Positions 13,748 through 26,799 of a DNA stretch of 64,000 nt are shown here, one piece after another (the stretch's first letter is position 1; every line of letters begins with the position of its first letter). A program made the translations under genes and the position numbers. Source of the DNA: Antedon mediterranea. Lineage: Eukaryota; Animalia; Echinodermata. The stretch is taken from NCBI RefSeq assembly GCF_964355755.1, contig NC_092677.1, forward strand, positions 10,376,101 through 10,440,100. The letters run 5' to 3'. The notes under the pieces are model-generated. The model did not search any database, was not told the DNA's origin, and worked only from the letters and a program-made list of their open reading frames with translations.

Positions 13748-14157
13748 CCACCAAGTTCTTCCACTCAGTTGAAAGTTCTTCCACCCAGTTGAAAGTTCTT
13801 CCACCCAGTTGAAAGTTCTTCCACCAAGTTGAAAGTTCTTCCACCAAGTTGAAAGTTCTTCCACCAAGTTGAAAGTTCTTCCACCAAGTTGAAAGTTCTT
13901 CTACCAAGTTGAAAGTTCTTCCACTAAGTTGAAAATTCTTCCACCAAGTTGAAAGTTCTTCCACTAAGTTGAAAATTCTTCCACTCAGTTGAAAGTTCTT
14001 CCACCAAGTTGAAAGTTCTTCCACTCAGTTGAAAGTTCTTCCACTCAGTGGAAAATTCTTCCACTCAGTTGAAAGTTCTTCCACCCAGTTGAAAGTTCTT
14101 CCACCCAGTTGAAAGTTCTTCCACCCAGTTGAAAATTCTTCCACCCAGTTAAAAGTT
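13748..14157. repeat. 20-bp minisatellite (ccaccaagttgaaagttctt)n, about 20 units
   Basis: Direct tandem array about 40 bp past the donor of the stalk exon. Confidence 0.95.
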
Positions 14158-14198
14158 TTTATATTAAAAAAAAAACCGAGACAATAATGTAACCTTAC

Positions 14199-14336
14199 CT
14201 GTTAAATTGGAATAAAATTTACTATCTGTTTCACTATTTTGAACTGTAGAGGGAGTTGTTGACATAATACTGTTATTGGATTTGGAAGTTGTACCATGCA
14301 GCAATAAGCATTCTATGTCACATATATGTTTTGAAT
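14199..14336 (-). CDS. CUB-domain protein, Cys pair + Ser/Thr-rich stalk exon (DSKHICDIECLLLHGTTSKSNNSIMSTTPSTVQNSETDSKFYSNLT)
   Basis: 138-nt open phase 1-1 exon with acceptor tttttag| and donor CAG|gtaagg, after a 255-nt intron from the CUB exon. Confidence 0.8.
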
Positions 14337-14591
14337 CTAAAAAATATTAATAAACAGAAAACATCACTAGTAGTAGTATAAAAATGAATATTAATAATAC
14401 AAATAATTTTAATATTAAATGTCAACAAAAGAGGAGAAATATTGTTTTAACAGCTTTATAGGGGACACTTTATTTTGTCCTTAGTGTATGTTGCCTTTAT
14501 AGAGGCATTTTCATAATTAGATCATTCCATTTTACAAAGACAATAATAATATATAGCTTTAATTACATAAATGAAAAAAAAAACAACTTAC

Positions 14592-14960
14592 CATCTTTCT
14601 TATGAAAACTAAATATTGCATTAAAAGAACTAATCAAACATTCTTGACTGTCTTGCACTATAAGTTTTAATTTATTATCTATTGATTCCAGCTGAAATGG
14701 AGTTGTCCGACTACAGCAATGTTCACTATTAAATTCAATCCCAAAAGAATCTGGGCCTCTCTGAACAACTTTCACTACACACGGTTTATCATCGGTCTTA
14801 CTTTGCGGAAAAACATTTAGTTCTGTAATGTTCACAAATATAACGTGCCGTTTTGGAGCTTTAATACGATAGTGACATTTATGTGGGCCTTCTTCTAAAC
14901 TTGCATTGCGAAACCAAGTTATGTTATTAATGTCTTCATTATAGAAGGTCCTTGAACAAT
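14592..14960 (-). CDS. Divergent CUB-domain exon (DCSRTFYNEDINNITWFRNASLEEGPHKCHYRIKAPKRHVIFVNITELNV...HCCSRTTPFQLESIDNKLKLIVQDSQECLISSFNAIFSFHKKD)
   Basis: 369-nt open symmetric phase 1-1 exon with acceptor tcttgcag| and donor G|gtaagt. Shows CUB hallmarks: C-x-Y-x-I-x-A-P-x-x-x-x-I-x-V-x-I, S-x-x-N-x-L-x-L and F-x-A-x-F. Confidence 0.85.
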
Positions 14961-17547
14961 CTGCAAGATTAAAATAGTGATATGTTACTAAGTATATAGT
15001 GACAGTTTCTGCTGACGGATTAGCCCGAAATTAAGTAGTTACGTAGTACATCCACCAACTCGCAGTGTGAATGCACTCTACAGACACTGGAATCATGCCA
15101 ACCTGAACAACATTTGCAATACGCGATATCAGTGATGTTCATAATTGGATTTGATGTGAATATAGAGATAAACCATAAAAATCTCTTCAAATCTCAAGCA
15201 CAAAATGTATCCAGCTAAATATCAATGAGATGTTGTTTTAATTATTATTATTATTCAATATGTTCACAAAGCTAATAACAGCAGTTGAAAATAAACATAA
15301 TGTCAAAAAAAGTAGGTCAAACTGTTTTATTGTATAAATACATGCGTATGTTGAAATTTGTTCTCACAATGTTTAACATTGACAATATAAATAAGAAAAC
15401 AGAAATCATTATTCATTAAACACAATGTTTTTAGAAACTGAATTTATAATATCCAGATAAAACAATGTTGAAAATCATAATTTGAAACACTTTGCAACCA
15501 TATTTAAAACCCTATGTTTATGCCAAGTGATAGTACATATTTAGGCCTAACAAGCTAGCTTATAATGTCCCTGTAAAATTTCTGGTCAGAAAGAATAAAC
15601 ATCAAATTTATTAATTAACCAATATTCTTAATTCTCATATAATGTTGCTAAACAAAATTATTACTTAATTGAGTCTTAATGTCTAACATTGAATTGGGTA
15701 ATTATTAAAATGTTCAACCACAGTGTAAACACAGACTTCATATTTAAACGATATACATGTAGACAGGATTCCGCCCACTCTGGCTACTGTTAATATGCTA
15801 GCGTAAATCATTGTGTTGCTTCGTCATATAGGATACCATGTCGCAGTAACATTTCATGTCAATTTGTTTTTGTTGTTGCCGATATTGTCCTGTTCGAATA
15901 AAGCCAATAAACTATCGCTATATTAATCAAAGCTGGATTTTATTAGGAACTTTACGATTTTAGTAAACATGAATCACATCCACGTTCACATGGATGGTAG
16001 TCGACTCGTACTCATCCACACGTATATGAACATTCATGTTGACACGCCGGTGAACGTATGACGTATTTTACCTTCGTAATCTGTAGTGCTACTCCACTGG
16101 GCCGGTGGTACTGGCTTAGGCCAAGCTATGTATTAAGGGGACAGGTACTGGGTCACAAAAGTTTCCCTTTAATATTGGTTCTAATGCATTTAAGATATTG
16201 TATAATATAAAATAGACAGTATACAGCTCTCTTTGGAAATGATTAATACCAAAGGGCTTAGTAGTAATTTCCTAGGGTTTTAATGTTCAAGATATCTAGT
16301 GTGATTATGTTTGCTTGCAGGCATTATAACTGTGGAACATGATACGTATTGCCACATAAACGAACAAAAGTCTATTATTATATTGGCCTAGTAATTTGCC
16401 TTTACTTACACAATTAGCCTTTGAAAGTAAATGGCTTAACCCAGATTGGTGTGCAATGATGGCGTAATTAGGTCATAGTAATTAGAACACGATTAGTGAA
16501 ATACTATTAGTAACTGTAGTATCTTGAACCAAGCCTAGACCGTCTCGTGTCTACACAAAATATTGATTGTACGGTATACCATTTACAATATTGATTGTCT
16601 GGCTACCTATTACATTAGTAAGAAATTACATTAGAAATTTTAATTTCTTTTTGCAGTCTTAAATTTTCTAGTTTCACAATCTATATGTACTGTAGCTATT
16701 CCACTACAATGTCGCCTAAAAAAACAATTTTCATGTAAAAATAAAGTTTTTAAACATTATTTCATCCTTCTTTCTCCAACATGAGCCACTTTAGGACCAC
16801 TGAACAGGGTTATTTTTAACAGCCTCATTTCTTACTTTCTCAAATCTAATTTTACAGGCATGACTGTGGTATCAGTACCTCAGTGAAAAGAAAAATTGAC
16901 TGGCCAAAACGGGCCGTTTACTCTGAAAGTGTATATAGGCCTGTCCAACTGACCTACTAATACAAAGATCTGCTGTACGAGAATATAAAATGTCTCCTAA
17001 CTGAGGCGATTAACACATTACAAAAACATACCATACTGTTTATTTCACAAGAGCTTATCATTTTCTGTCAGCTAATGTTTTACTGATGGTATTAAATGTT
17101 GTAAACATTATTGAAAGGAAAAAAAAGGGTATGTAAGGTAGTGATATCAATACTAATGTTGCACGCTACAGTTGAAAGATAATGCTATAATGACGCGGTA
17201 ACAGATGTTGCGCATCCCAATAGAATAAGGGTTAACAAACTATTCAAACAGCTCGTTACCTCAACAGCGCAGGTCAATAATATAGTTTTGTCTAATACAT
17301 AATCAATGATCATATTTATAATTATGTAAAATGCATAATAATTTGATAATAATGCTCCTTACAATCTACAGTACAGTTGACGAACTAAATGTGGTTGTAG
17401 GCACTTTGCTCAATTGTGTGTGTAGTCGGACATAATGTTAATATCATTAGGGAAATGCTGGACATGACGTTTAGTCGCACTATGACAAGCAACATTATGC
17501 GGACAATTTTAAAACTGATCGTTATATGGTTTATGTATTAATAGGTT

Positions 17548-17848
17548 CAGGCCCATAGCCAGTGGGGGTTTTTTATAGTTGGGGCGAACCCCCCTTCACA
17601 GCGAACCCCCCTTCACAGCGAACCCCCCTTAATCTACAGCGAACATGTCAACAATACACCGAAGTATCTAAATATTTGCATTAGTTGATTATAAAATAAT
17701 TATTAGCATTTATACTGTAACAGAAGTACCTTTGCCTGGGACTTCTCCCTGACCTGATGTTCAAACATATTGAGTGTAAAAAAATATTATCCTCATTGTT
17801 AGTAGCGTGTGTTTAAACCGGTGGAAAAAGTATTGTAGGCTATGGCTG
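17548..17848. mobile_element. Possible hAT-like MITE with 3 internal gcgaacccccc-ttcaca repeats
   Basis: caggcccatagcc ... ggctatggctg imperfect TIR; tandem unit at 17584-17643. Confidence 0.4.
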
Positions 17849-18001
17849 TTTGCTAGCGAGCTATGAAAGTGTCATTTCTGGCAAACTATGGTGCCATTTA
17901 TCATAAATTTCCAGGCATCTAGGGATGTCATTTAACAAAATTCGCTCAGCTAAGTCATTATAGTTAAAATTAACATTACTTGGCTATCAGTATCAGTCTT
18001 A

Positions 18002-18180
18002 AGCGTGTTTCCCACTAGCGACGCAACGCAAGGACGTAACGCAACGCAAGTGAATTGACCAATCACAAGCGATGGCTTATTCGCTTGTGATTGCTAACTG
18101 TCTATAACTTCGCTTGTCATTGGTTAAAACGCTTGCGTTGCGTTTACGTCCTTGCGTTACGTTCTAGTGGGAATCAAGCT
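18002..18180. mobile_element. MITE family B, inverted copy
   Basis: Reverse complement of 2523-2694 over nearly its whole length. Confidence 0.85.
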
Positions 18181-19226
18181 TCTCTCTTAGTCATAGAACG
18201 ACAAGACCATGAAAAGTAATAATTATGAAAAGACATGAAAATTTTACTCCTTATGTCTACACAAAATATAAATGGCAATTATCATATTGACGCTCGGAGC
18301 ATTCAGCGATTACCCATCATGCTGTGTCTAGACAGATCGTACATTTATTGATTTTTCTTGATCTATAAAAACTTGGTTCATGGGCAGGTCATAAATGTGA
18401 AAATTTGTATAGAATACAGCTGTTTTCTAAATTACAAAATAATATGAAAATTATTAATTAATTTATTAATTTGTGATGTACCATATTAATTTCACAGATG
18501 TATTGTTCCCCACCCACTTTGAAGATTAATAAAATCAGACTTTAAATAGGCCATTTTGTAGGTGTAATCAAGTTTTATCAATCAATCAACTTACTAAAAA
18601 TAAGGAAAAATTTTACCTTGATTTTTGTACAAATTAAAAACTGATAAAAATAAATAATATTCAAAATAAAATAACTTAATAAGTTAATAACTAAAAGAAA
18701 GACATTATTCTATATATATAATAGTTTTAGAAAGAGCCTTAGGACATACAGTAGATGTTAATTATCCAGTACATTATAATTGATTTGATTCATTATGTAA
18801 CTGTTAAAACAGACTGCTAAATAATACAGCAGCTTTACGTTTCATTTAACAACATAACTAGGTTGGGGTCAATTAAATAAAAATAATTAATATTAATAAA
18901 CCCATTATGTCTATGGATGATCCCGACAAAATCAATTGTCATTTTACCAGACCACAAGGTCAAATAAATAGTACAGTAAATGATGCTGATAAATTCTGTT
19001 CTTTTCAAATTATGTATTTAGGTTAGAAATTAGGTTGTGTAGTCAATCATTATTAAAATAATATTTCCACATAATTATGGTAAGTACACCATAATCAAAA
19101 TAAGTAGTCCTAATTTGATTGATAAAAAGTAAAATTATACGGTCTGATAAAAAACAACTATTACTAAAGCCTAATGGTAGAGTCTATTATGGGACGCTTT
19201 GTTTCCTATCCTGGGTGGGTAGCTTA

Positions 19227-19365
19227 AGGTCTGTCTACACAAGTAAGTGTGATGTGCCCAAATATGGTAGCGATATGTCCAAACATGGTAGTGCTATGAC
19301 ATCAACGTGTCCATATGGGCACATCACATTTTGTTGTCACAAAGTTTGATAGTGTAGACAGAGCT
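19227..19365. mobile_element. MITE family A, opposite orientation, TTA target duplication
   Basis: TTA-aggtctgtctacac ... gtgtagacagagct-TTA. A TWA duplication is typical of PIF/Harbinger elements. Confidence 0.85.
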
Positions 19366-19459
19366 TTATGTCAGTTTCTAGTTAAATACACTACCAAACT
19401 GCCGCCCATAAACATACAGGTGAAATGAATTTAATAATATATTTTTGTATATTGTTGAT

Positions 19460-19835
19460 GTTTAATTTCAAATTTCAATTTCCACAATATAATAACATAC
19501 ATACAGGATAATAAATGCAATGTACTGTAATAATCATGTAGGTAGAGAGTCATATAAGTCAGAACGATTTTAAGTTTGACCCACCCCAAGATGTAACATT
19601 AAATACGAATACGAAAAAAAAAGAAAAAAAGATATACATAAACTAATAATAAATAAAGAAAACAAAGCTACAATTTCTATTTAAACCATATTATCCGATC
19701 TTAACTGGTCTTATAAAATATATATATTTAACGTTCATCATATCTTGGAGGTAAATAGTTCTTGTACTTAAATTTAGAAGTTGTAGATGCATTTTTAATA
19801 TCTACATGGATTGAATTCCATAACTTTATATGTTC
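19460..19835 (-). mobile_element. L2/CR1-group LINE 3' fragment
   Basis: Minus strand translates IKLWNSIHVDIKNASTTSKFK, followed by a T-rich UTR and a ttgaaa-type tail. Confidence 0.6.
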
Positions 19836-20408
19836 GACCCTTTTGTTTCCTCCTATATTCATTGCATTTTATCTTTAACTGTTTTTATGATGCTGAAATA
19901 AATCCAATCAACCAAATGAAATGAATACACCTTGTTTGACTCATGCAAAAACTACATTGCATTCAAACAATATAATCTGTATGCCTTTAAAATACTCCCA
20001 ATATTTACACTATAAAACTCTTAGATCTCTGTGATAAGAGCAGCTTAATTCCCATTGAGTAAGGCCTAAAATGGGTTACTGTAAGTATGACTAGTGCAAA
20101 TAAAAAAAGGCTGTGTTCTGGTGTACTGTACGCAAACATAGACAGAGACTGTAGCCATATCATTGATATAGCTTTATGGTCTATCGAGTTATATAATTTT
20201 ATTGGGATTAAAAAGGCAGCAATGGAGGGGTATGCTCACGCCTTAATAACAGTCAATATGAAAATATGAACTACTTTTTGAAAGTAATAATAACAATATC
20301 ATGTATCTTATTAGTAAAAAGGTTCATCTGGATCACTGTATAGTATTTTAAGTAAATTTTCTTTTGGATGATCCAAAGTCGAATAAAATTCGTAAACTTA
20401 CGTTTTTT

Positions 20409-20450
20409 ACTCTAGCTTTCGCTGGTCAACGGCGCAGCTTAATCATGAGT
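20409..20450 (-). ncRNA. Minimal type-I hammerhead ribozyme-like motif (Penelope-like element type), variant core
   Basis: Minus strand reads ACTC-ATGATTA-A-GCTG-CGCCGTTGAC-CAGC-GAAA-GC-TA-GAGT. This gives stem I ACTC/GAGT, stem II GCTG/CAGC, GAAA, a palindromic AGCT mini stem III and a UH site. Confidence 0.55.
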
Positions 20451-20659
20451 GAGTCTCTGTGACTTTGACTTGTTACCATTAGATCTCGTATATGGTATAG
20501 CGCCATCTATAGATCGTTCAGGTTTTCCCAAATGGGATTGTCGGGGCCTCCTCTTTAGTAAGTTGTTGTACAATTTTGGGAGTTCCAAATATCATGTATC
20601 ATTGTTTATTGTGAGCACTCCCTAGTTTAAAAAATCCTGGATCCACCCCTGTAAACCTA

Positions 20660-21129
20660 CCAAAAATCTTCTAATAGTAACCCACACTCTAATAGTAACC
20701 CCCTTTTAATATAGTAACCCACACTCTAATAGTAACCCACACTCTAATAGTAACCCCCTTCTAATAGTAACCCACACTTTAATAGTAACCCCCCCTTCTA
20801 ATAGTAACAATCTATAATAATAACCCACTACTCTAATAGTAACCCATTGGAGTTACTATTAGAGTCACAAAAAACTTATGATGCAGCCGTATCTTGAAAA
20901 TAACGAGATGATGCATGTTGATCTCGGAAGGGGGGAGGATTAAGTGTTTTTGAGTTTATAAAATCAAGTTAAGTTCAACCAAATTTGTTTATTCGTACTG
21001 TTTTATTATTTTGTTATGAGTTGCTGACCGGAAAAGTTGGGGGTGGGTTACAATTTCAAGGTGCCTAATTTAGGATTAGTAATAGTAACCCACTACTCTA
21101 ACAACCAAGGGTTACAATTAGCAGTACGG
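20660..21129. mobile_element. Tc2-like family C, second copy with a short array
   Basis: Shares the body with 5660-5900 (tatgatgcagccgta..., gctgaccggaaaagttgggg) and ends gtacgg-TA. Confidence 0.8.
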
Positions 21130-23943
21130 TACACATCTAGTCTGTAGGCCTGTTGTTAGTGTCTATATTTTGTGTACAGTAGAACCTCTTCTATTTGACA
21201 CCCTATTCAAGGGACATGTGACACTTCTATTCTTTAACTTGATAAAAGTAAAACATATATTCATATATGATTATAACAATTTGTAAAACCATATTATGTT
21301 TAATTAAATTATTCAGTTAAAATACGTTTTGACTGCTACAACCGTCTCCTACTAGAGAAACAGCAAGACCTTCTTAACTTTTCTTTAGGAGAACACATGG
21401 TGTACAGCAAAGCCGACTTTATTCAAACAAAGGCAACATAAGAGTAAGACTATCCTGGTAACTACTAATGTAAATTACTGTGTTAGTTGTCTTTGAATTA
21501 TTTTTATTATATTGTTAATGTTTCTCTACTGAACCACTTTGGAAATCAATGCTTTAGCACTGAAAATGTCATTCAGTAGAAAGACAGAATAAATAAATAA
21601 ATAAACTATATACATAAAATAAATATTACCTACCACCACCACCACCACCCCATAAAAGAAAATGGTTATTGACGATAGTCAAACTCAAAATAATATCGCT
21701 GCTTTTCGAGTGATATAAGCGAAATGTTATTTTTGTCAGACAAAACTTGTTTATTCAGACCGGTCTGTTGAGTCTAAATCGATCCAACATTCATGTGCAC
21801 AGAAATTATCTAAATTGACCTTTTGAAGCCCTGTGACATAACATATAGATCGACCAATCAGATATGATGGGGCTTTAATGGACAAGGACAATGCTATGTT
21901 GAACATGAGTTTGGCAATGAAACAAGTCTTGTTTTCACCGGAAAGCAACATAATGTGCCTGTAAGTAACAGTTTCGAAGAATAACAGATTCTTAGATAAC
22001 CGATTAATGTAGTTCATATTGAAATAAGTAAACAAACAAAGTGATTAAAAAACGATGTTCAAAATATTTTCTTCCATGAAAAGTGGTCTTAGCAAATATT
22101 TAAAAAATTAGGTTAGTATTTTGTTTACTTTGTCAACAAATTATGTTGTTATTTATGATATAATTTATTTATTTTAAAGCACATTTGTTTTCAGACAACT
22201 ATAAATTACAAAATCGTAGTACAGTACTCTATCTATAAATCTAATTCTAATGGACATATTCATATTTCCAAATTTAGACAACCTTAAAATTCCTTATATT
22301 AAGTGAACACCACTTTAAGGAAATCCCCCCAAATTTGTATACTATTGACTTAAGTAAAATATTAATATTTGATAAGAAATATCTTTTTTAAATGCAATTG
22401 GTGAATATACCATTAGCAACCGTACTGTTAGGCCCTATTCTTATTTTTCAGCGAATTTCAACCATAAAATCTGCTTTCTTTGTTCATATTTTAAATTGTA
22501 GCCTGTCTTTGTATATATAAAAAAAAGTGTAGCCTACTGTATGTCAAATGATTTTAGAATCACAAAATAAAAAAAAAATAGAAAAATAGAATACTATTTT
22601 AGACATGAAGACTGCAATTCTTATAGCACTGTCTACTGTCTCATAATAATATCTAGAATGACATATCAATTAAGACAATTAGTAATGACTAATGGCTAAA
22701 AATAACAATAGAAAAGTCTGACGGCCAGTTACAGCACGTTCCATGTACTGTCAGTCACTGGAACTTGATTCTAGATTATTGCTATGGTAACGTGTCAATA
22801 GTTTATTAATATCTGTATGTCCACTTACATAACACGAAATACAATCATTAAATTTATTTAGAAATTCAAACATTGTTTATTTTTCTTAGTATTATTAAAT
22901 TACAAGATTATTTCGCGAGATTCAGCCATGGTTTACAAAACAACAAATCTATAAAAGTCTGAAATCTAAGAAATTACTTAATTGCACCCAAAGTAATTTG
23001 ACCAATCACAAGCCATTCCTTTTGATATTTACTTGTGGTCATAATTGCATTGTATAGTATACTCATTGTGTCCTAGCTAATTGCCCCAAAATGAGGAATT
23101 TACTAATTAAGGGTGTGGACAAATTAACTTTAAAAATAAAGGTTTAAAAAAAAAAGACATTTACAACAAATTTTGAATGAAAAAATTCAATCATTCAAGA
23201 TAAAACGAGATTTAAAATTCAAACATTTATTTGCCCCAAAATGTTGCAAAATAAACAATGAATTTACTTTTAAAAATTAAGGTTGTGGAAAAATTAACTT
23301 TAAAAGAGTCAAAAAAGGGTATTAACAAACAATTTACAATAAAAAAACCCCATTTATTTCATCCTATAAGGGAAGTAGAGTTATAAATAAAATGTTATTT
23401 TTTAGTTGATTTCATTGGATTTTTACAGTTGGTGGGCTTGTCAGAGCTGGTTACGGAATGACTACTACCCCGCCAGGAAGTTAGCCACCAAGATGAAAAC
23501 GACTAGAAAAAAAGGACTCCATATTTTAAACAGGTGCTACTATTTATATTAGAAATAAACCAGTCACGCAATACCCAATGTTTAAAAACAATATTTGTCC
23601 TAAACTATTAATAATTCATTTATTTATTATTAAACAAACTCTATTTTATTTAAATATTCTATATTTTTTAGGCTAGACAATAATTAAAAACGAAACTATT
23701 TTATTAATATTTCATGTTCAATGCGCATTAGTAAGGAACTTGGAGCAACCATTTGCATCACGTGCAGCTGACATTGCTCATACATGAATTATGCATGAAT
23801 ACTAAGCACTATTGAACGTTTGCTCGTTCTATGCTGAACAACAATCGTGTTGAAACTCGGCCGTCAACAGGGAGTGTCTAAAAATACTTAGATTTCAAAA
23901 CACTCTTAAAAACCCAAATTTCTTTCTGTTTTTTCTCTTTTTT

Positions 23944-24006
23944 AGCGCTTTGAGACAATCTTTTGTTGTATAAGCGCTATATAAATCCAACAAAATTACA
24001 TTACAT
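23944..24006 (+). mobile_element. L2-type LINE/SINE extreme 3' end
   Basis: agcgctttgagac...ataagcgctatataaat stem-loop followed by an attac repeat, the usual L2 3' signature. Confidence 0.6.
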
Positions 24007-24030
24007 ATAGCGATGTTGGTAGAACTAGAA

Positions 24031-24289
24031 AAATCTTTGTATATTTATTAAATTATACATAATAATAATAATACATAATATAAAGAAAATGACATTTTCA
24101 TGTATTTTAATTTTAATTTTATTTTAGAATGTTAATACCACATTACAAAATTTACCTACAACTGGTAAAATCTTCATATCTTTATTAAATTATATGTAAT
24201 GTAAAGAAAATGACCTTCATTTTCAGGCATTTAAATTTGTATATTAGAATTTTTCTGTCATTTTATTTTAGAATGTTGATACTACATTA
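24031..24289. repeat. Old ~135-bp tandem duplication
   Basis: tttattaaattata, taaagaaaatgac and ttttattttagaatgtt each occur twice in the same order. Confidence 0.6.
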
Positions 24290-25668
24290 GCTATTCCTTT
24301 ATAGTTTTATTATTTATTTATAAACTTTATTATTTGTTATCATTTAATATTACACCAGGTATTAATTGATGTAATGGCGTTACCATCTCTAATTTTTCCA
24401 CCAGAATTTGTTTGAATATTATTATACTATATAGTACAATTGCGATTAATAAATATTATTTGATTGTCTGGAAGCCATAGAAAATTATATTAAAGTATTA
24501 AACAGAAATTAAATCTACAATAAACCGAAAATCCTATATTACTAAATAGCGTTTTTAGTCTAAATTCACTCAAATATATTGAACAAACTTCTTTCCACTT
24601 GGATTTTACATTAGTTCATACTTAAGAAAAACATGAATTCATTATATTACTATTCTGAATAAGTAATGCACTTAAAAACCAAAGGTAATTACTTAGTTTG
24701 TTATTAGAACAGGAGGCTAGTCTTTTAATTTCTTTTTTATGACGAGACCATCCCCTAATTCTGCTGTCTAGACTGTTGTCTAGTTACCAAGGGCATACAG
24801 GGATCACCTTAACAACTCATCAATATACTCTAGCCTGGAGATACTTTTTAGCCATTAATTCCTCTATGTTTTAATGAAGTTTCTTTTGCATATTAAATCC
24901 TTTTTTCTGACATGATAATGAACAAATGGTACTGTCTGACTATTATTAAACTGATATTTTATCCCTTACGAAAAAAGTAGAATTGTTTATAAAGTAATAA
25001 GAAAACAAAACTAGAAGTACTAGAATCCACTAATTATAAATAATAAACTTCCGTATAGAATTTCTATGAACATTGATTTCCATTTTGGTGATTAAATTGT
25101 GATTGAATCTTGACAATTAAAAAAAAATTGTTCACACTGCGATTACAAAATATTCGAATAGTGCTATGACGACGAAAGTTATACCGATGTGTAACATCTG
25201 AAAATCATCTTCCACTATACTCTATAAATAGTACAAAAATATTGCAAAATAATTATTATATACAAATATGAATGTTGATGCAACTAACAGGACCAATTTC
25301 CTTATACGCCATTTTGAAGCTAGCCATTCATGTGCGCGAATTAATTCCGGTTTGAGCTCAAACGTTCCAATCATGTTTCACGCCCCTGGATAATCATGAA
25401 CGATTCATTTTCAAGCAAATTCTCGTCGAGTATTTTTTTTCCAAATGTGATAAACGAGAATTGATATATCTAGAAGAATCTATCACGAAGCAGTACCATA
25501 CCATGACCTTCTGCAAATTTATATAATAACATTAAAACATGGAAAAGCGATTATACAATATGCTGTGCCTATGACTTACACACCCACTGTGATGATAATA
25601 ATAATTGTACTGTACTATAGTACGGGATCCATATTACTAAATATGATTGAAAAATGGAAATACTATAG

Positions 25669-26799
25669 TACCCCTTTTACACTATCACCGTAACAGCGGT
25701 GTAACCCCGCAGTTGTTAGTACACCGGGCCGTTAAACGCCAGTGTTGTGGTTTTTATTGACTGGTGTAAATGAGAAAATCCAACCACCCCAGTGTGCTCT
25801 CCCCGGGGTGAAATGAAGCTGAATGTATTCCGGTGTACCTTCTCCGGTGTACAGTAGTCGAATCTACACCGGAGACACGAAGTGTAAACGGTTTTTGTGG
25901 TTCAAAACCGAGCTGTTGTTAAAGGTCATTGACGTGAAAATGTAATATGTTGTCACAGAAATACAATATATTATGCAAACAAAATAGTTTTTTTTGCTTA
26001 AAATACACCTTTTTTGCTTAGAACAATAATTGTACAATATAATGTGCTGTTCGTTATTTTCTTTTAAAGGCACAAACACATTTGTGACTTTTCTTTTCTG
26101 CTGAAAATATTGAAATTGTTCGTGTGCATTCTACCTTACCAGAAAGCCTAAAATAATTTGATATTGGTGTAACCCTGGCCGATTCTATGTAGGCCTAATT
26201 ATTGAAAAAAGGAAAATATATAATACTGACGTCTCAATTGATGAAAATGATATCTTTTTTAGGAACTGAAAAAGTACCATATAATAATGTTCCTTCATTG
26301 ATACATTGTTATGCTAATTAACAAATACATTTTTTATTTTAAATACTTACCGTACCCTACCCTATTTGTACGCCAACCTAACAATTTAAGGCCTATTTAA
26401 TGTACGTACAGTCTACAAGGCGGAAATGCAGTCATTTTAAAAAGAAAAATAATTGTTAGGCCCTAATTTTTAAAATAATAAATGATAATCGTAATAGCCA
26501 CAAAGAAAATATAACACTGGACTACATTCAAAATTAAATAAATTGTGTGTAAATTCGGATTATTATGTTTTTATATGAGATTTGTCGATATGTTCCAGTG
26601 TTTAAACGTTTAAACCATAGTCAGTTAAGTTCCATGTGTGCGCTTGCAATAGTGATTTGATTGACAGCACCGGGGTGATCGATGTAGTGTAAATGGGCGC
26701 AACTCGAGTTCATCTCGCAGTTTTTTTGGCTAGTGTAAATGGAAATTGCCTCCGTGTTCAACTCGTGTTCCTCTCTCAGTCGATAGTGTAAAAAGGGTA
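25669..26799. mobile_element. Non-autonomous TIR DNA transposon of about 1.13 kb (Harbinger-like if the duplication is TAG)
   Basis: TAG-TACCCCTTTTACACTATC ... GATAGTGTAAAAAGGGTA-TAG, with repeated sub-terminal ccggtgta/tacaccgg words. A TA duplication with CCC ends is an equally possible reading. Confidence 0.75.

Noticed and set aside
13710-14024. 104-aa repeat ORF (also 47793-48011 and 52716-52988)
   Set aside because: By-products of stop-poor tandem repeats, with no splice or start context.
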